In this document: positions 28,970 to 38,721 of the stretch, one piece after another | How positions within the stretch are numbered: the stretch's first letter is position 1 | Layout: each line of letters begins with the position of its first letter | Origin: a bacterium | GTDB lineage: Bacteria > Patescibacteriota > Saccharimonadia > Saccharimonadales > UBA4665 | Direction: 5' to 3' | DNA length: 64,000 nucleotides | NCBI GenBank assembly: GCA_021799575.1 | Contig: JAJZAD010000004.1 | Coordinates: forward strand, 7,062 to 71,061 | Position numbers and translations under genes: made by a program | The notes under the pieces: model-generated | What the model saw: only the letters and a program-made list of their open reading frames with translations | The model's database searches: none | Told to the model about the DNA's origin: nothing

Positions 28970-31615
28970 ATGCAAGCAGTATTTAAAAAAATTTTGGGTG
29001 ACCCTCAAGCTAAAACCCTAAAGCGGATGCGCCGCAAGGTTAATGAAATTAACGCCTTGGCGGATAAGTATGCTAAGTTAAGCGACATTGATCTACGTGC
29101 ACAGACCGATAAGTTAAAAAAGCGCTTAGCTAAGGAGACACTGGACGATATTTTACCTGATGCCTTTGCTATAGTGCGGGAAGCTGCCACGAGAACTTTA
29201 AAACAGCGTCATTTTGACGTGCAGTTGATAGGCGGGATAGTTTTGCATGAAGGCAAAGTGGCTGAAATGAAAACCGGAGAAGGTAAAACTTTGGTTGCTA
29301 CCTTGCCTGTATATCTAAACGCCTTAACTGGAAAAGGTGTGCATGTAGTAACGGTCAACGACTATTTGGCTCAGCGTGATGCCGGCTGGATGGGGCAAAT
29401 ATATAACTTTTTAGGCTTAAATATCGGGGTGATCATGCCGGATCACTCCTTTATTTACGACCCGTCCTTTGAGAATAAGAGTCATGAAGACCCGAGAATG
29501 CGTCATCTGAAAGAAGTTTCTCGCCAGGAGGCTTATGGCGCGGACATTACTTATGGAACCAATAATGAGTTCGGCTTTGATTACCTTAGAGACAATATGG
29601 TTAGAGAAGTCGAGCAGTTAAGACAAAGGGAACTAAATTTCGCCATTGTCGACGAAGTGGACTCGATATTGATCGATGAAGCCAGAACTCCGTTGATCAT
29701 CAGTGCTCCGAGCGTAACTAGCGGGACGGCCTATGCACAGTTTGCAAAAATTGTCAGACCGCTAAAAAAAGATGTGGATTACGAGACGGACGAAAAACGT
29801 AAACAGGTCATCTTGACCGATAAAGGCGTGGATAAGATGGAAAAAGCATTAGGTATTTCGAACCTGTATGCCAGTGAAAATATCCGTATTATCTATCATC
29901 TTCAAAAAGCGTTGCTTGCCCAAGCACTATATAAAAGAGACAAAGATTACGTAGTAAATAATGACGGCGAAGTAATAATCGTTGACGAATTTACCGGACG
30001 TTTACTCCATGGAAGACGGTATAACGAGGGTCTGCATCAAGCGATTGAGGCAAAGGAAGGGGTAGAAGTACAGGAAGAATCTACTACTCTGGCAACAATT
30101 ACGTTTCAGAACTACTTTCGTCTCTATGATAAGTTGTCCGGAATGACCGGAACGGCAATGACCGAAGCCGAAGAATTTCACCAAATCTACAAACTGGACG
30201 TAGTTGAAATACCGACCAATAAGCCGATGATTAGAATAGATCGTCCGGATAGAATCTACCGCAGTGAAGAAGCTAAGTTTAAAGCAATTGTTAAAGAAGT
30301 ACAGATGTTGCATGCTAAAGGCCAACCGGTGTTACTAGGGACTGCATCCATCGAAAAGAATGAAGTATTAAGTCGATTATTAAAGCGCGCCAACATTCCG
30401 CATCAAATGTTGAATGCTAAGAATAATGAGCGCGAGGCGGGAATTATTTCCAGAGCTGGTCAAAAAGGCGCTGTTACATTGGCTACGAATATTGCTGGCC
30501 GTGGTACCGATATTGTATTGGGTGATGGAGTAGTGGAACTCGGCGGATTATTTGTATTAGGGTCCGAACGACACGAGTCTCGACGGATAGACAACCAGTT
30601 GCGAGGACGATCAGGCCGACAAGGTGATCCGGGTGTCACGCAATTCTTTGTCAGTACGGAAGATGATCTGATGCGTATTTTTGGGGGTGAACGAATCGGA
30701 GCAGTGATGAACCGGTTAAGTAAAGACGATGATACTCCACTAGAGAATCGGATTATTTCTCGTTCTCTTGAAAAAGCTCAAGAGAGGGTAGAAGGTTATA
30801 ACTTTGATCAACGTAAGAATGTTGTGCAATATGATGATGTAATGAACCGCCAGCGTAAAGCTGTGTACAGTATGCGCCGGGAAATTCTTAAAGCCTCGGA
30901 TATCAGCAAGCGTATTAAACAATTAATCGAGGACGAAGTAAAGGCGATTGCCGACTCTCCGGATATCCTGAAAGAAAATTTTGATGAAGTGGTAAAAGAA
31001 GTGTTCCCGTTTGATGAGCCTACACTTGACAGACTGTTTGACACCGAAGCTGATAAATTTGGAGCAGTTTTATTAAGTGAGGCCAAAGAACTATATGCAT
31101 CCCGGGAGTCTGCATTCGGTGAAGAATTTATGCGCCGGCTCGAGAGAGATGTTTACTTGCAGGTGCTTGACGACCAATGGATGCAACACCTCGAGAATAT
31201 GGACCATCTTAGGGAGGGAATACATTGGATGGGCGTAGGGCAGCAAGATCCGTTAGTCGAATACAGGAGACAGGGCCAGGTACTTTTTGAAACCATGCAA
31301 GCGAATTTGAGGAACCTGATAGTCAAAATGTTATTCCATACATTTCCGGTGGATGTCGGTCAGCTGGATCAACGACCGGTTGAGACATCACTCACCCGCG
31401 CCGCCAGGAGCTCGATCGAGAATGCCGGACAGGTCATAAAAGGGCAAGAAGAATTTCATGAAGAAGATTTTAAAACCGCTCCATCCGAATCCTTGCCTAC
31501 GCAGGATGGAGTCAAGTCGTTGGGTTCTAAAAAAGTAGTTTCTAGTAGTGCCCGTAAGAAAGCCAGGAAAAGTGAGCGCCAACGTAAAGCTATAGCCAAA
31601 CGCAGGAGACACTAA
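28970..31615 (+). CDS. secA: Preprotein translocase subunit SecA
   Basis: MKTGEGKT, VTVNDYLA, DEVDSILIDEAR, ATNIAGRGTDI, QLRGRSGRQGDPG; no C-terminal SEC-C Zn motif. Confidence 0.99.
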   Translation: MQAVFKKILGDPQAKTLKRMRRKVNEINALADKYAKLSDIDLRAQTDKLKKRLAKETLDDILPDAFAIVREAATRTLKQRHFDVQLIGGIVLHEGKVAEMKTGEGKTLVATLPVYLNALTGKGVHVVTVNDYLAQRDAGWMGQIYNFLGLNIGVIMPDHSFIYDPSFENKSHEDPRMRHLKEVSRQEAYGADITYGTNNEFGFDYLRDNMVREVEQLRQRELNFAIVDEVDSILIDEARTPLIISAPSVTSGTAYAQFAKIVRPLKKDVDYETDEKRKQVILTDKGVDKMEKALGISNLYASENIRIIYHLQKALLAQALYKRDKDYVVNNDGEVIIVDEFTGRLLHGRRYNEGLHQAIEAKEGVEVQEESTTLATITFQNYFRLYDKLSGMTGTAMTEAEEFHQIYKLDVVEIPTNKPMIRIDRPDRIYRSEEAKFKAIVKEVQMLHAKGQPVLLGTASIEKNEVLSRLLKRANIPHQMLNAKNNEREAGIISRAGQKGAVTLATNIAGRGTDIVLGDGVVELGGLFVLGSERHESRRIDNQLRGRSGRQGDPGVTQFFVSTEDDLMRIFGGERIGAVMNRLSKDDDTPLENRIISRSLEKAQERVEGYNFDQRKNVVQYDDVMNRQRKAVYSMRREILKASDISKRIKQLIEDEVKAIADSPDILKENFDEVVKEVFPFDEPTLDRLFDTEADKFGAVLLSEAKELYASRESAFGEEFMRRLERDVYLQVLDDQWMQHLENMDHLREGIHWMGVGQQDPLVEYRRQGQVLFETMQANLRNLIVKMLFHTFPVDVGQLDQRPVETSLTRAARSSIENAGQVIKGQEEFHEEDFKTAPSESLPTQDGVKSLGSKKVVSSSARKKARKSERQRKAIAKRRRH

Positions 31616-31634
31616 AAATAGATAAGGAAGATTT

Positions 31635-32948
31635 ATGAGACATACCGTTTCCGAGATTGCGCTAAGTAACGGTGGGAAGGGTCTATTGATCCATATACCT
31701 AATGCCTCAGTGATGACTTTTGACATTAATTTCCGTGCAGGCGAATTTCTCGTAGAACCGGATAAATGGGAAGTACCGCATTTAATGGAGCATATAGTTC
31801 TAGGGGCTAATGAACTTATACCCAAATCACGGGACTTTCAGGCTGAATTAGAACGCAATGGTGCTTATTCGAATGCGAGCACGAGTATTTATGATATTAC
31901 CTATGAAGCCGAGTGTGCGGATTTCGAGTGGGACCGAGTACTCGATTTACTATTGGTTGCCGTTACCCGACCGTTATTTTTAGAAGAAGAATTCAGAGCC
32001 GAATATGGCAACGTACAAGAAGAGATGGCATCAAGAGCCAATAATCATTTCAGGCGATTAAGTCTAGAAATGCGTAAGGAACTAGGATTGTTGGTAAAGA
32101 CCGATTCAGAAAGACTGAAATTAATGCACAATATTACCGTAGATGACGTTAGAAACCATTACATTAAAACACATACTGCTAAAAACATGCGTTTTGTGAT
32201 CGCAGGTGATATAAATTCTCGACGTCGTGAACAGCTTCAAACACTATTTGAGACCATTGAGCTGCCTAAAACCGGCAGGCGCTACAAATTACCACATGAA
32301 CGGCCTAAACGACTGAATGGGGTTACTTATATTCGTAATAAGACAGTCGAAAACTTATACTTTTATATAGATACGTTTATGAAACGACGGCTGAGTGATC
32401 CAGAAGCCGACGCGCTCAATCTGGTGAATACTATGCTAACGGAAACGTTGTATTCCAAGATTCTTGGTACTGCCAGAGAAAGAGGGCTCGTATACGGTAT
32501 GAGTTCGGGTTTATCGCAAACCCGTGACGTCAGTAATTGGTGGTTTGGGGCTCAAGTATCGGCAAAAAATGCGCCTGCATTAATGAATATTATTAACTCT
32601 GAGCTTCGAAAAGTTATGGAAGGACAAATTGCCGATGAAGATATTGAGGCTACCAAACAATACTCTCTAGGACGTTTTCAGCGTTCGGCACAGACAGTTA
32701 GCGGTACGGCTGCGGGCTACTCCGGCCGTTATTTCTTTGATGAGATAGTGGAAGATTATTATAATATCCCCTCACGCATAAATGCCGTTAAAAAGGATTT
32801 GATAGTGGATATTGTTTGCAGTATGTTTGCTGACAATATTTGGGGTTTTGGGGTACTTGGAGATTGCGGAAAGCAATTTAGTGAACAGCTTAGAGGTCAG
32901 GTAGCTTCGCTTTGGAATAAGAACGCAGCCGTGTCAGAATTAAATTAG
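31635..32948 (+). CDS. M16 family (pitrilysin-like) zinc peptidase
   Basis: Inverted Zn motif HLMEH, SNASTS, RERGLVY. Confidence 0.88.
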   Translation: MRHTVSEIALSNGGKGLLIHIPNASVMTFDINFRAGEFLVEPDKWEVPHLMEHIVLGANELIPKSRDFQAELERNGAYSNASTSIYDITYEAECADFEWDRVLDLLLVAVTRPLFLEEEFRAEYGNVQEEMASRANNHFRRLSLEMRKELGLLVKTDSERLKLMHNITVDDVRNHYIKTHTAKNMRFVIAGDINSRRREQLQTLFETIELPKTGRRYKLPHERPKRLNGVTYIRNKTVENLYFYIDTFMKRRLSDPEADALNLVNTMLTETLYSKILGTARERGLVYGMSSGLSQTRDVSNWWFGAQVSAKNAPALMNIINSELRKVMEGQIADEDIEATKQYSLGRFQRSAQTVSGTAAGYSGRYFFDEIVEDYYNIPSRINAVKKDLIVDIVCSMFADNIWGFGVLGDCGKQFSEQLRGQVASLWNKNAAVSELN

Positions 32949-32950
32949 TT

Positions 32951-34036
32951 ATGGAGAACAGAATACAAGCGGTCAATCAAGCGGCTATTGATGCGGCCGA
33001 AAGTATGGGATTAAATAAACTTAAGGCCGAACTTGCAGACCTAGATGAACAATCCCAAAGCAGTGACTTTTGGCAAGATAATACCCATGCCCAAGCTGTG
33101 ATGCAGCAAATCGTGAATTTAAAACGTCGGATTGAGCCCTGGGATGAATTATTAAATTTAACCGGTGAGCTAATAGAGCTGAACGCGTTAGGGGATAGTG
33201 GTCTTCAAGAAGAAATTGAAACCAGTCTGATAGAAGCTGAAACCAAATTATCTAAACTGAAGCGAGAGCTAATATTGTCTGGACCGTATGATGACCACGG
33301 AGCAATATTAAGCATATTTGCCGGAGCAGGGGGAACCGATGCCCAGGATTGGGCACAAATGCTACTTAGAATGTATATTCGTTTTATGGATAAAAACGGA
33401 TGGAACTATCGGATGGTTGATGAATCTCCGGGTGAGGAAGCGGGAATTAAAACTGCCTCTTTAGAGGTAAATAGCGGCGACGGTTTTATATACGGTAAAC
33501 TGAAAGGTGAGCACGGAGTACATCGCTTAGTTCGACTAAGCCCGTTTAATGCCGATCACCTAAGACAGACCAGTTTTGCTAAAGTTGAAGTAATTCCCAA
33601 AATAGACTCCTCCGCTGAGATAGAGATTGATGATAAAGAACTAAAGATCGACGTTTATCGGAGCAGCGGTCACGGCGGTCAAAGTGTAAATACGACCGAT
33701 TCGGCAGTAAGGGTAACTCATTTGCCTACGGGTATAACGGTAGCAATTCAAAATGAACGCAGTCAACTTCAAAACCGAGAAACCGCGTTAACAATTTTGC
33801 GGTCTAAACTGGCACAGCTGAAGCTTGAACAACATGCTAAACGTTTGAGTGATCTTAAAGGTCCTAACCAGGCGGCCGAATGGGGTAATCAGATCAGAAA
33901 TTACGTACTCCATCCCTATAAGCAAGTTAAAGACCTAAGAACCCATTACCAAACGCGTGATGTAGCGGCAGTCTTAGACGGCAACATCGGTCCAATCATT
34001 GACGCATATCTCGAACATGTTTCTAGGTTGAAGTAG
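32951..34036 (+). CDS. prfB: Peptide chain release factor 2 (single uninterrupted ORF)
   Basis: RLSPF, GGQ, QIRNYVLHPY. Confidence 0.97.
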   Translation: MENRIQAVNQAAIDAAESMGLNKLKAELADLDEQSQSSDFWQDNTHAQAVMQQIVNLKRRIEPWDELLNLTGELIELNALGDSGLQEEIETSLIEAETKLSKLKRELILSGPYDDHGAILSIFAGAGGTDAQDWAQMLLRMYIRFMDKNGWNYRMVDESPGEEAGIKTASLEVNSGDGFIYGKLKGEHGVHRLVRLSPFNADHLRQTSFAKVEVIPKIDSSAEIEIDDKELKIDVYRSSGHGGQSVNTTDSAVRVTHLPTGITVAIQNERSQLQNRETALTILRSKLAQLKLEQHAKRLSDLKGPNQAAEWGNQIRNYVLHPYKQVKDLRTHYQTRDVAAVLDGNIGPIIDAYLEHVSRLK

Positions 34037-34160
34037 TCTTAAACAAAAGGTGATTTATAGGGAGCTTACCTTTAAAGCATGTTCCAGTATCGTTAATTTG
34101 AAGCTATAGCCAGAATTTAGCGAAAAACCCGATCGACTTTTAGTGCTATAATCAAAGCCA

Positions 34161-34844
34161 ATGATATTACTTGACAGGGTAAGTAAGACTTACTCCAAAA
34201 GTGGCAAACCGTCACTTGATCGGATTAGTCTGCATGTCGAACCTAAAGAATTTGTCATAGTAGTCGGACAAAGCGGGGCAGGTAAAACTACGCTGATGCG
34301 TTTATTAACCCGAGAAGAAAAACAGACCTCCGGCAAAATTATAGTTGGAGGAATCGACTACGATAAATTAAAAGACAAAGAAATACCCATATTACGGCGT
34401 AAAATAGGTGTGGTATTTCAGGACTTTAAGCTGTTACCGGACAAAAACGTATTCGAGAACATAGCTTTTGCACTGGAAATTGTAGGTGTCAGTAACAGTG
34501 AGATAAGAAATACTGTACCTAAAGTGCTTGACATAGTTAACCTAACAGGAAAGGAATCCAACATGCCTTTGGAGTTATCGGGCGGCGAACGTCAGAGGGT
34601 GGCAATAGCCAGAGCGATTGTGCGTCAACCGAAGATCCTGATTGCCGATGAGCCAACCGGAAACCTTGACCCCAAACATGCTTGGGACGTAATTAAGATA
34701 CTGGAGAAGATTAATCGTTACGGTACTACGGTTTTACTTACTACCCACAACCAGGAAATAGTAAATAAGCTAAAGCGTCGCGTAGTGACTGTTAAGGAAG
34801 GTAAAATCGTCAGCGATAGAGCACACGCGAGCTATAAAATATAG
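34161..34844 (+). CDS. ftsE: Cell division ATP-binding protein FtsE
   Basis: GQSGAGKT, VFQDFKLL, LSGGERQR, ADEPTGNLD; upstream of ftsX. Confidence 0.95.
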   Translation: MILLDRVSKTYSKSGKPSLDRISLHVEPKEFVIVVGQSGAGKTTLMRLLTREEKQTSGKIIVGGIDYDKLKDKEIPILRRKIGVVFQDFKLLPDKNVFENIAFALEIVGVSNSEIRNTVPKVLDIVNLTGKESNMPLELSGGERQRVAIARAIVRQPKILIADEPTGNLDPKHAWDVIKILEKINRYGTTVLLTTHNQEIVNKLKRRVVTVKEGKIVSDRAHASYKI

Positions 34845-34869
34845 AGGTAAGCAATTTTAGGTAACAGAC

Positions 34870-35817
34870 TTGAGCGGTAAACGAAAGTTAATTACATTTT
34901 GGCGGGTTATTCGAAACGGGGCAGTTAATTTTATCCGTAATATTTCTTTAGCTATTGCCGCTATGGCGATCATGGTAGTTACGCTTACGATCGTACTGTT
35001 CTCCTGGATCGTTAACTCTACCTTTACCCATACTATTAATCAGATTACCGGCAAAATAGATATCTCAGTCTATCTAAACGATAATGTCAATCAAGCTCAA
35101 ACCGGCAAGCTATTAAAAGAAATTAAGTCGCTATCTAATGTTGCCAGTGTGCAATATTTGTCTAAATCACAGGTACTAGCTCAATATGAGCAACAAAATG
35201 CATCCAATAAACAATTAATTGAGGCGGTCAGCGAGACTAATAACCCTCTTCCAGCCACGATAATCATTAAACCGATAAATTTAAATGATCTAGAATCAAT
35301 CAAAAATTTTTTAGATCAACCCAAAATTACCGGTTTGGAATCAGCACCTACCAGTTACAGCGGGCAAGAGAAAGAAGCGATCGACAGAATAACTCATGCG
35401 ACCAATGTTCTTAGAGAGATCGGGTTTATTGCCGTAATCGTCTTTGCAATCGTAAGTGTGCTCATTATCTTCAATACTATCCAAATGGCAATTTTCAACC
35501 GTCGTGATGAAATTCATATTATGCGATTATTAGGGGCCGGAACAGCATATATCCGGGGACCTTTTATTGTCGAAAGTATTATTTACGGTGTGTTAGCGGC
35601 TTTAATATCAATCCTAATTATTAATTCAGCCTTTCAGGCGAGCAGCGGAACCCTCCAAGCCAGTAGCCTAGGGCTATTGGACATTAATTACGCCAACACC
35701 TTTTTTACTAACCATTTTTTGACCTTGTTGACGGCTCAAGTTGGTATTGGTATGGTTATAGGAGCCGTTTCTTCATTTATTGCTACCAGACGGTATCTAA
35801 AATTTAAAATCAGATAA
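34870..35817 (+). CDS. ftsX: Cell division permease FtsX
   Basis: 4 TM topology, ISVYL, NPLP, RRDEIHIMRLLGA, IRGPF. Confidence 0.95.
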   Translation: MSGKRKLITFWRVIRNGAVNFIRNISLAIAAMAIMVVTLTIVLFSWIVNSTFTHTINQITGKIDISVYLNDNVNQAQTGKLLKEIKSLSNVASVQYLSKSQVLAQYEQQNASNKQLIEAVSETNNPLPATIIIKPINLNDLESIKNFLDQPKITGLESAPTSYSGQEKEAIDRITHATNVLREIGFIAVIVFAIVSVLIIFNTIQMAIFNRRDEIHIMRLLGAGTAYIRGPFIVESIIYGVLAALISILIINSAFQASSGTLQASSLGLLDINYANTFFTNHFLTLLTAQVGIGMVIGAVSSFIATRRYLKFKIR

Positions 35818-36015
35818 TTAAGTCACCGATTCCGGGTGGAAAACAAGCAACATAGGTAACTTTTTAAATATCGTGCCCGGAGGGGAAAAATTAAGAGCCT
35901 TTTTTGCAAAAGGACATAGCGATGTTATCGTTTGTAAGATAGACTCGCGGTTTTTAGATAGATCACATGTTTAAGAAAGGTGAATTTTTGACAAAACGCG
36001 ATATAATTAAGTCAC
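35814..36015. repeat. 13 bp exact direct repeat ATAATTAAGTCAC
   Basis: Copies at 35814-35826 and 36003-36015 flank a 176 bp segment. Confidence 0.8.
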
Positions 36016-36038
36016 GAGGCCAAAACAAAAACCTATAT

Positions 36039-37280
36039 ATGAAAAACCGTATTGCTAAAGCTTTAGGCCATATGCGCCCCGGTTTTATCGCTCTGACTCT
36101 AAGCGTGCTGGTGCTTGCGTTAATCGCTATACCCGGTGCTAGGGCGGATTATTACCAAAGCCAAATTAACTCGCTAAATTCCCAAAATGCTCAGGCGCAG
36201 TCAGCACTTAACGATTTACAAGTACTAGCCAATAATTACCAGCAGGCTATTAACGCCTATCAGACGCAGATTAACAGTATCGATAACGCTATAGCTGCCG
36301 ATCAGGCAAAGTTGGCTCAGTACGAACAGGAAATTGCTGCCGATAACGCAAAAATAGCCCAGAATAAACAATATTTAGCCGATGATTTAAAAACCATGTA
36401 TGTACAGGGTCAAATGTCGATGATCGAACAATTGGCAACCAGTCAGAATCTGAGTACATTTGTTAATAAACAGGAGTATGATATAAAGCTTCAGGATAAC
36501 CTGGACAGTATACTGACTGTTGTCCAGAATCTTCAGCAACAAGCCCAGGTTAATAAAGCTCAGGTAACAGCTTTACTGGCGACCGAGAAGTCTCAACAAG
36601 CGCTGGTCGCCGCCGATCAAAATCAAGTTAGTTATCTGTTGGGATTAAATCAGCAGCAACAAGCCAACTATAATTCCCAGATTGCCGCCAATAACCAGCA
36701 AATTGCGGTACTTGAAGCCGAGCAAGCTGCAGCGTTCGCATCAATAACAAGAAGCGTAAACGTAACGGCATCAGGAGGTAGCGGCGGAGCATGCGATATA
36801 GGACAAGGCAACGGCGGCTACCCTTATGCATGGTGCAATGCACCCAAAGATTCGATATATGATGCTTTCGGAATTCAAAACCGTGAATGTACCTCTTTTG
36901 CGAACTGGTATTTTGTAGATGTGGAAGGGCAAAGTAACTTCAGTGCCAGCGGTAATGCTGGCTGGTGGTGGGAAACTAATAGTTACGGTGCAGCCAGTAC
37001 TTATCCGGATGTGAAAGTCGGTGCAATAGGCGTTGAACCCTCCAGTGTACTAAATGCTCCAGTGCCGAGTCTGCATGGTAGCTATTATGGACATGTGATG
37101 ATCGTATTGGCTTTACCGGGTACGACGTACAACGGACAGTTCCCATATACTAGTGCCGCTACCGGAACTTATGTGCCCAACGGCTATGTCTTGGTGATGA
37201 GTATGAATGAGGACGAAGCAGGGCATTTTATGTACACACTTTGGCCGGCTGACTATCTAATGTATATAAATCCGCAATAA
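36039..37280 (+). CDS. PcsB/CwlO-like coiled-coil peptidoglycan hydrolase with CHAP domain
   Basis: Signal peptide ending ARA, long Gln/Asn-rich coiled coil, RECTSF (Cys) and YGHV (His); follows ftsEX; start uncertain (ORF open from 35967). Confidence 0.85.
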   Translation: MKNRIAKALGHMRPGFIALTLSVLVLALIAIPGARADYYQSQINSLNSQNAQAQSALNDLQVLANNYQQAINAYQTQINSIDNAIAADQAKLAQYEQEIAADNAKIAQNKQYLADDLKTMYVQGQMSMIEQLATSQNLSTFVNKQEYDIKLQDNLDSILTVVQNLQQQAQVNKAQVTALLATEKSQQALVAADQNQVSYLLGLNQQQQANYNSQIAANNQQIAVLEAEQAAAFASITRSVNVTASGGSGGACDIGQGNGGYPYAWCNAPKDSIYDAFGIQNRECTSFANWYFVDVEGQSNFSASGNAGWWWETNSYGAASTYPDVKVGAIGVEPSSVLNAPVPSLHGSYYGHVMIVLALPGTTYNGQFPYTSAATGTYVPNGYVLVMSMNEDEAGHFMYTLWPADYLMYINPQ

Positions 37281-37348
37281 AAAAACTTTCTAAAAAACGA
37301 TAAGTTAACATACAATAATTATTAAGTTTTTAGTTTCGGTAGCTCGGT

Positions 37349-38581
37349 ATGGTTACCCGGAAAAAAAGGAGGGGAATGAGTTTTTTGTCTAAATTAAGCC
37401 GGTTAATTAAACGTTACAGGCTGGCTTTTGAAGTAGTTGCCGGTCTGATTTTACTGTTCGGTGTGTACGCTTTAGGATTAAATATAGGTAACGGCAACTT
37501 GAATTTCGGAACGGGTAATGGACAAAACTCCGGCTTACCGGACCAGCTAAACTATTCATCCGTCAATCAGGAATACCGGGCTTTAATTGATAACTATGAC
37601 GGTAAACTCACTACCACTCAATTGCTTAACGGTATAAAAGAAGGCTTGGCTAACGCCGTGGGTGATCCTTATACGGAATACTTTACCGCCCAACAGGCAA
37701 AAGCTTTTAATAACGCTTTGAATAATTCTTTTAGTGGTATCGGAGCCGAACTGAGTGCTAATGCACACCAGCAGATAGTAGTGGTTTCTCCCTTGAAGGA
37801 TTCACCGGCTGCAAACGCCGGTTTACAACCAAACGACATCATACTTGATATAAACGGTAAATCCACTTCGGGAATGAATTTAGATCAAGCGGTATCTGAC
37901 ATACGCGGTAAGGCGGGTACGTCAGTTAACTTGACCGTGGATCGCGGAGGTCGTCAGCTCAGCTTTAATATTAAACGCTCGAACATTACGGTTCCCAGTG
38001 TCAACTACAAACTGCTAGCTAACAATATTGGTTATATTTCTATCTATAGCTTTGCCGATGACACAGCTAGTTTAATTAATCAAGCAGCTTTATATATGCA
38101 TAGCCACAAAGTCAAGGGAATCATACTGGATCTTAGAAATAATCCGGGAGGATTGGTAACTGCCGCCGTAGCGACGGCCAGTGAATGGTTAAAACCAGGT
38201 CAGGAGGTTATGCAGGAAAGGCAGGGTAGTGTAGTTACCCAGACATATGATGCTACAGGTGGAGATATTCTCCACGGTATACCAACTGTAGTGTTAGTCA
38301 ATGGCGGTTCGGCATCCGCCAGCGAAATTACCGCCGGCGCACTTCACGATAATCACGACGCCTACGTTATTGGTACAAAAACATTCGGTAAAGGCGTAGT
38401 CCAACAACTAATTAGTCTTAGCGGTGGGGGCGAACTTAAAGTTACGGTTGCCTCATGGTATAGACCAGACGGAGAAAACATTAACCACAAAGGCATAACG
38501 CCAGACGAAATTGTCAAAGAGGGTACGAACGGGACAGATAATCAGCTTATAGCTGCGGAACAGTACCTGGCCAATAAATAA
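37349..38581 (+). CDS. ctpA: S41 C-terminal processing protease (CtpA/Prc)
   Basis: GDPYT, PDZ, LDLRNNPGG, SASASE, TFGKG, GITPD; alternative start at 37376. Confidence 0.93.
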   Translation: MVTRKKRRGMSFLSKLSRLIKRYRLAFEVVAGLILLFGVYALGLNIGNGNLNFGTGNGQNSGLPDQLNYSSVNQEYRALIDNYDGKLTTTQLLNGIKEGLANAVGDPYTEYFTAQQAKAFNNALNNSFSGIGAELSANAHQQIVVVSPLKDSPAANAGLQPNDIILDINGKSTSGMNLDQAVSDIRGKAGTSVNLTVDRGGRQLSFNIKRSNITVPSVNYKLLANNIGYISIYSFADDTASLINQAALYMHSHKVKGIILDLRNNPGGLVTAAVATASEWLKPGQEVMQERQGSVVTQTYDATGGDILHGIPTVVLVNGGSASASEITAGALHDNHDAYVIGTKTFGKGVVQQLISLSGGGELKVTVASWYRPDGENINHKGITPDEIVKEGTNGTDNQLIAAEQYLANK

Positions 38582-38721
38582 ACCTAAGCGATAGATTGTA
38601 CCATGCTAAATATCCGGACTTAGGCCATATAAATAAAAACCGATTTATTCCTAAAAACTTAGGGTAGTATAAAGAAAACGAATATGGTAACATCTCTAAA
38701 GTATTAAGAGGTAGTTCACCG

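Noticed and set aside
35818..36038. c-di-AMP (ydaO) or c-di-GMP riboswitch before the cell-wall hydrolase
   Set aside because: Conserved core motifs of these riboswitches are not present
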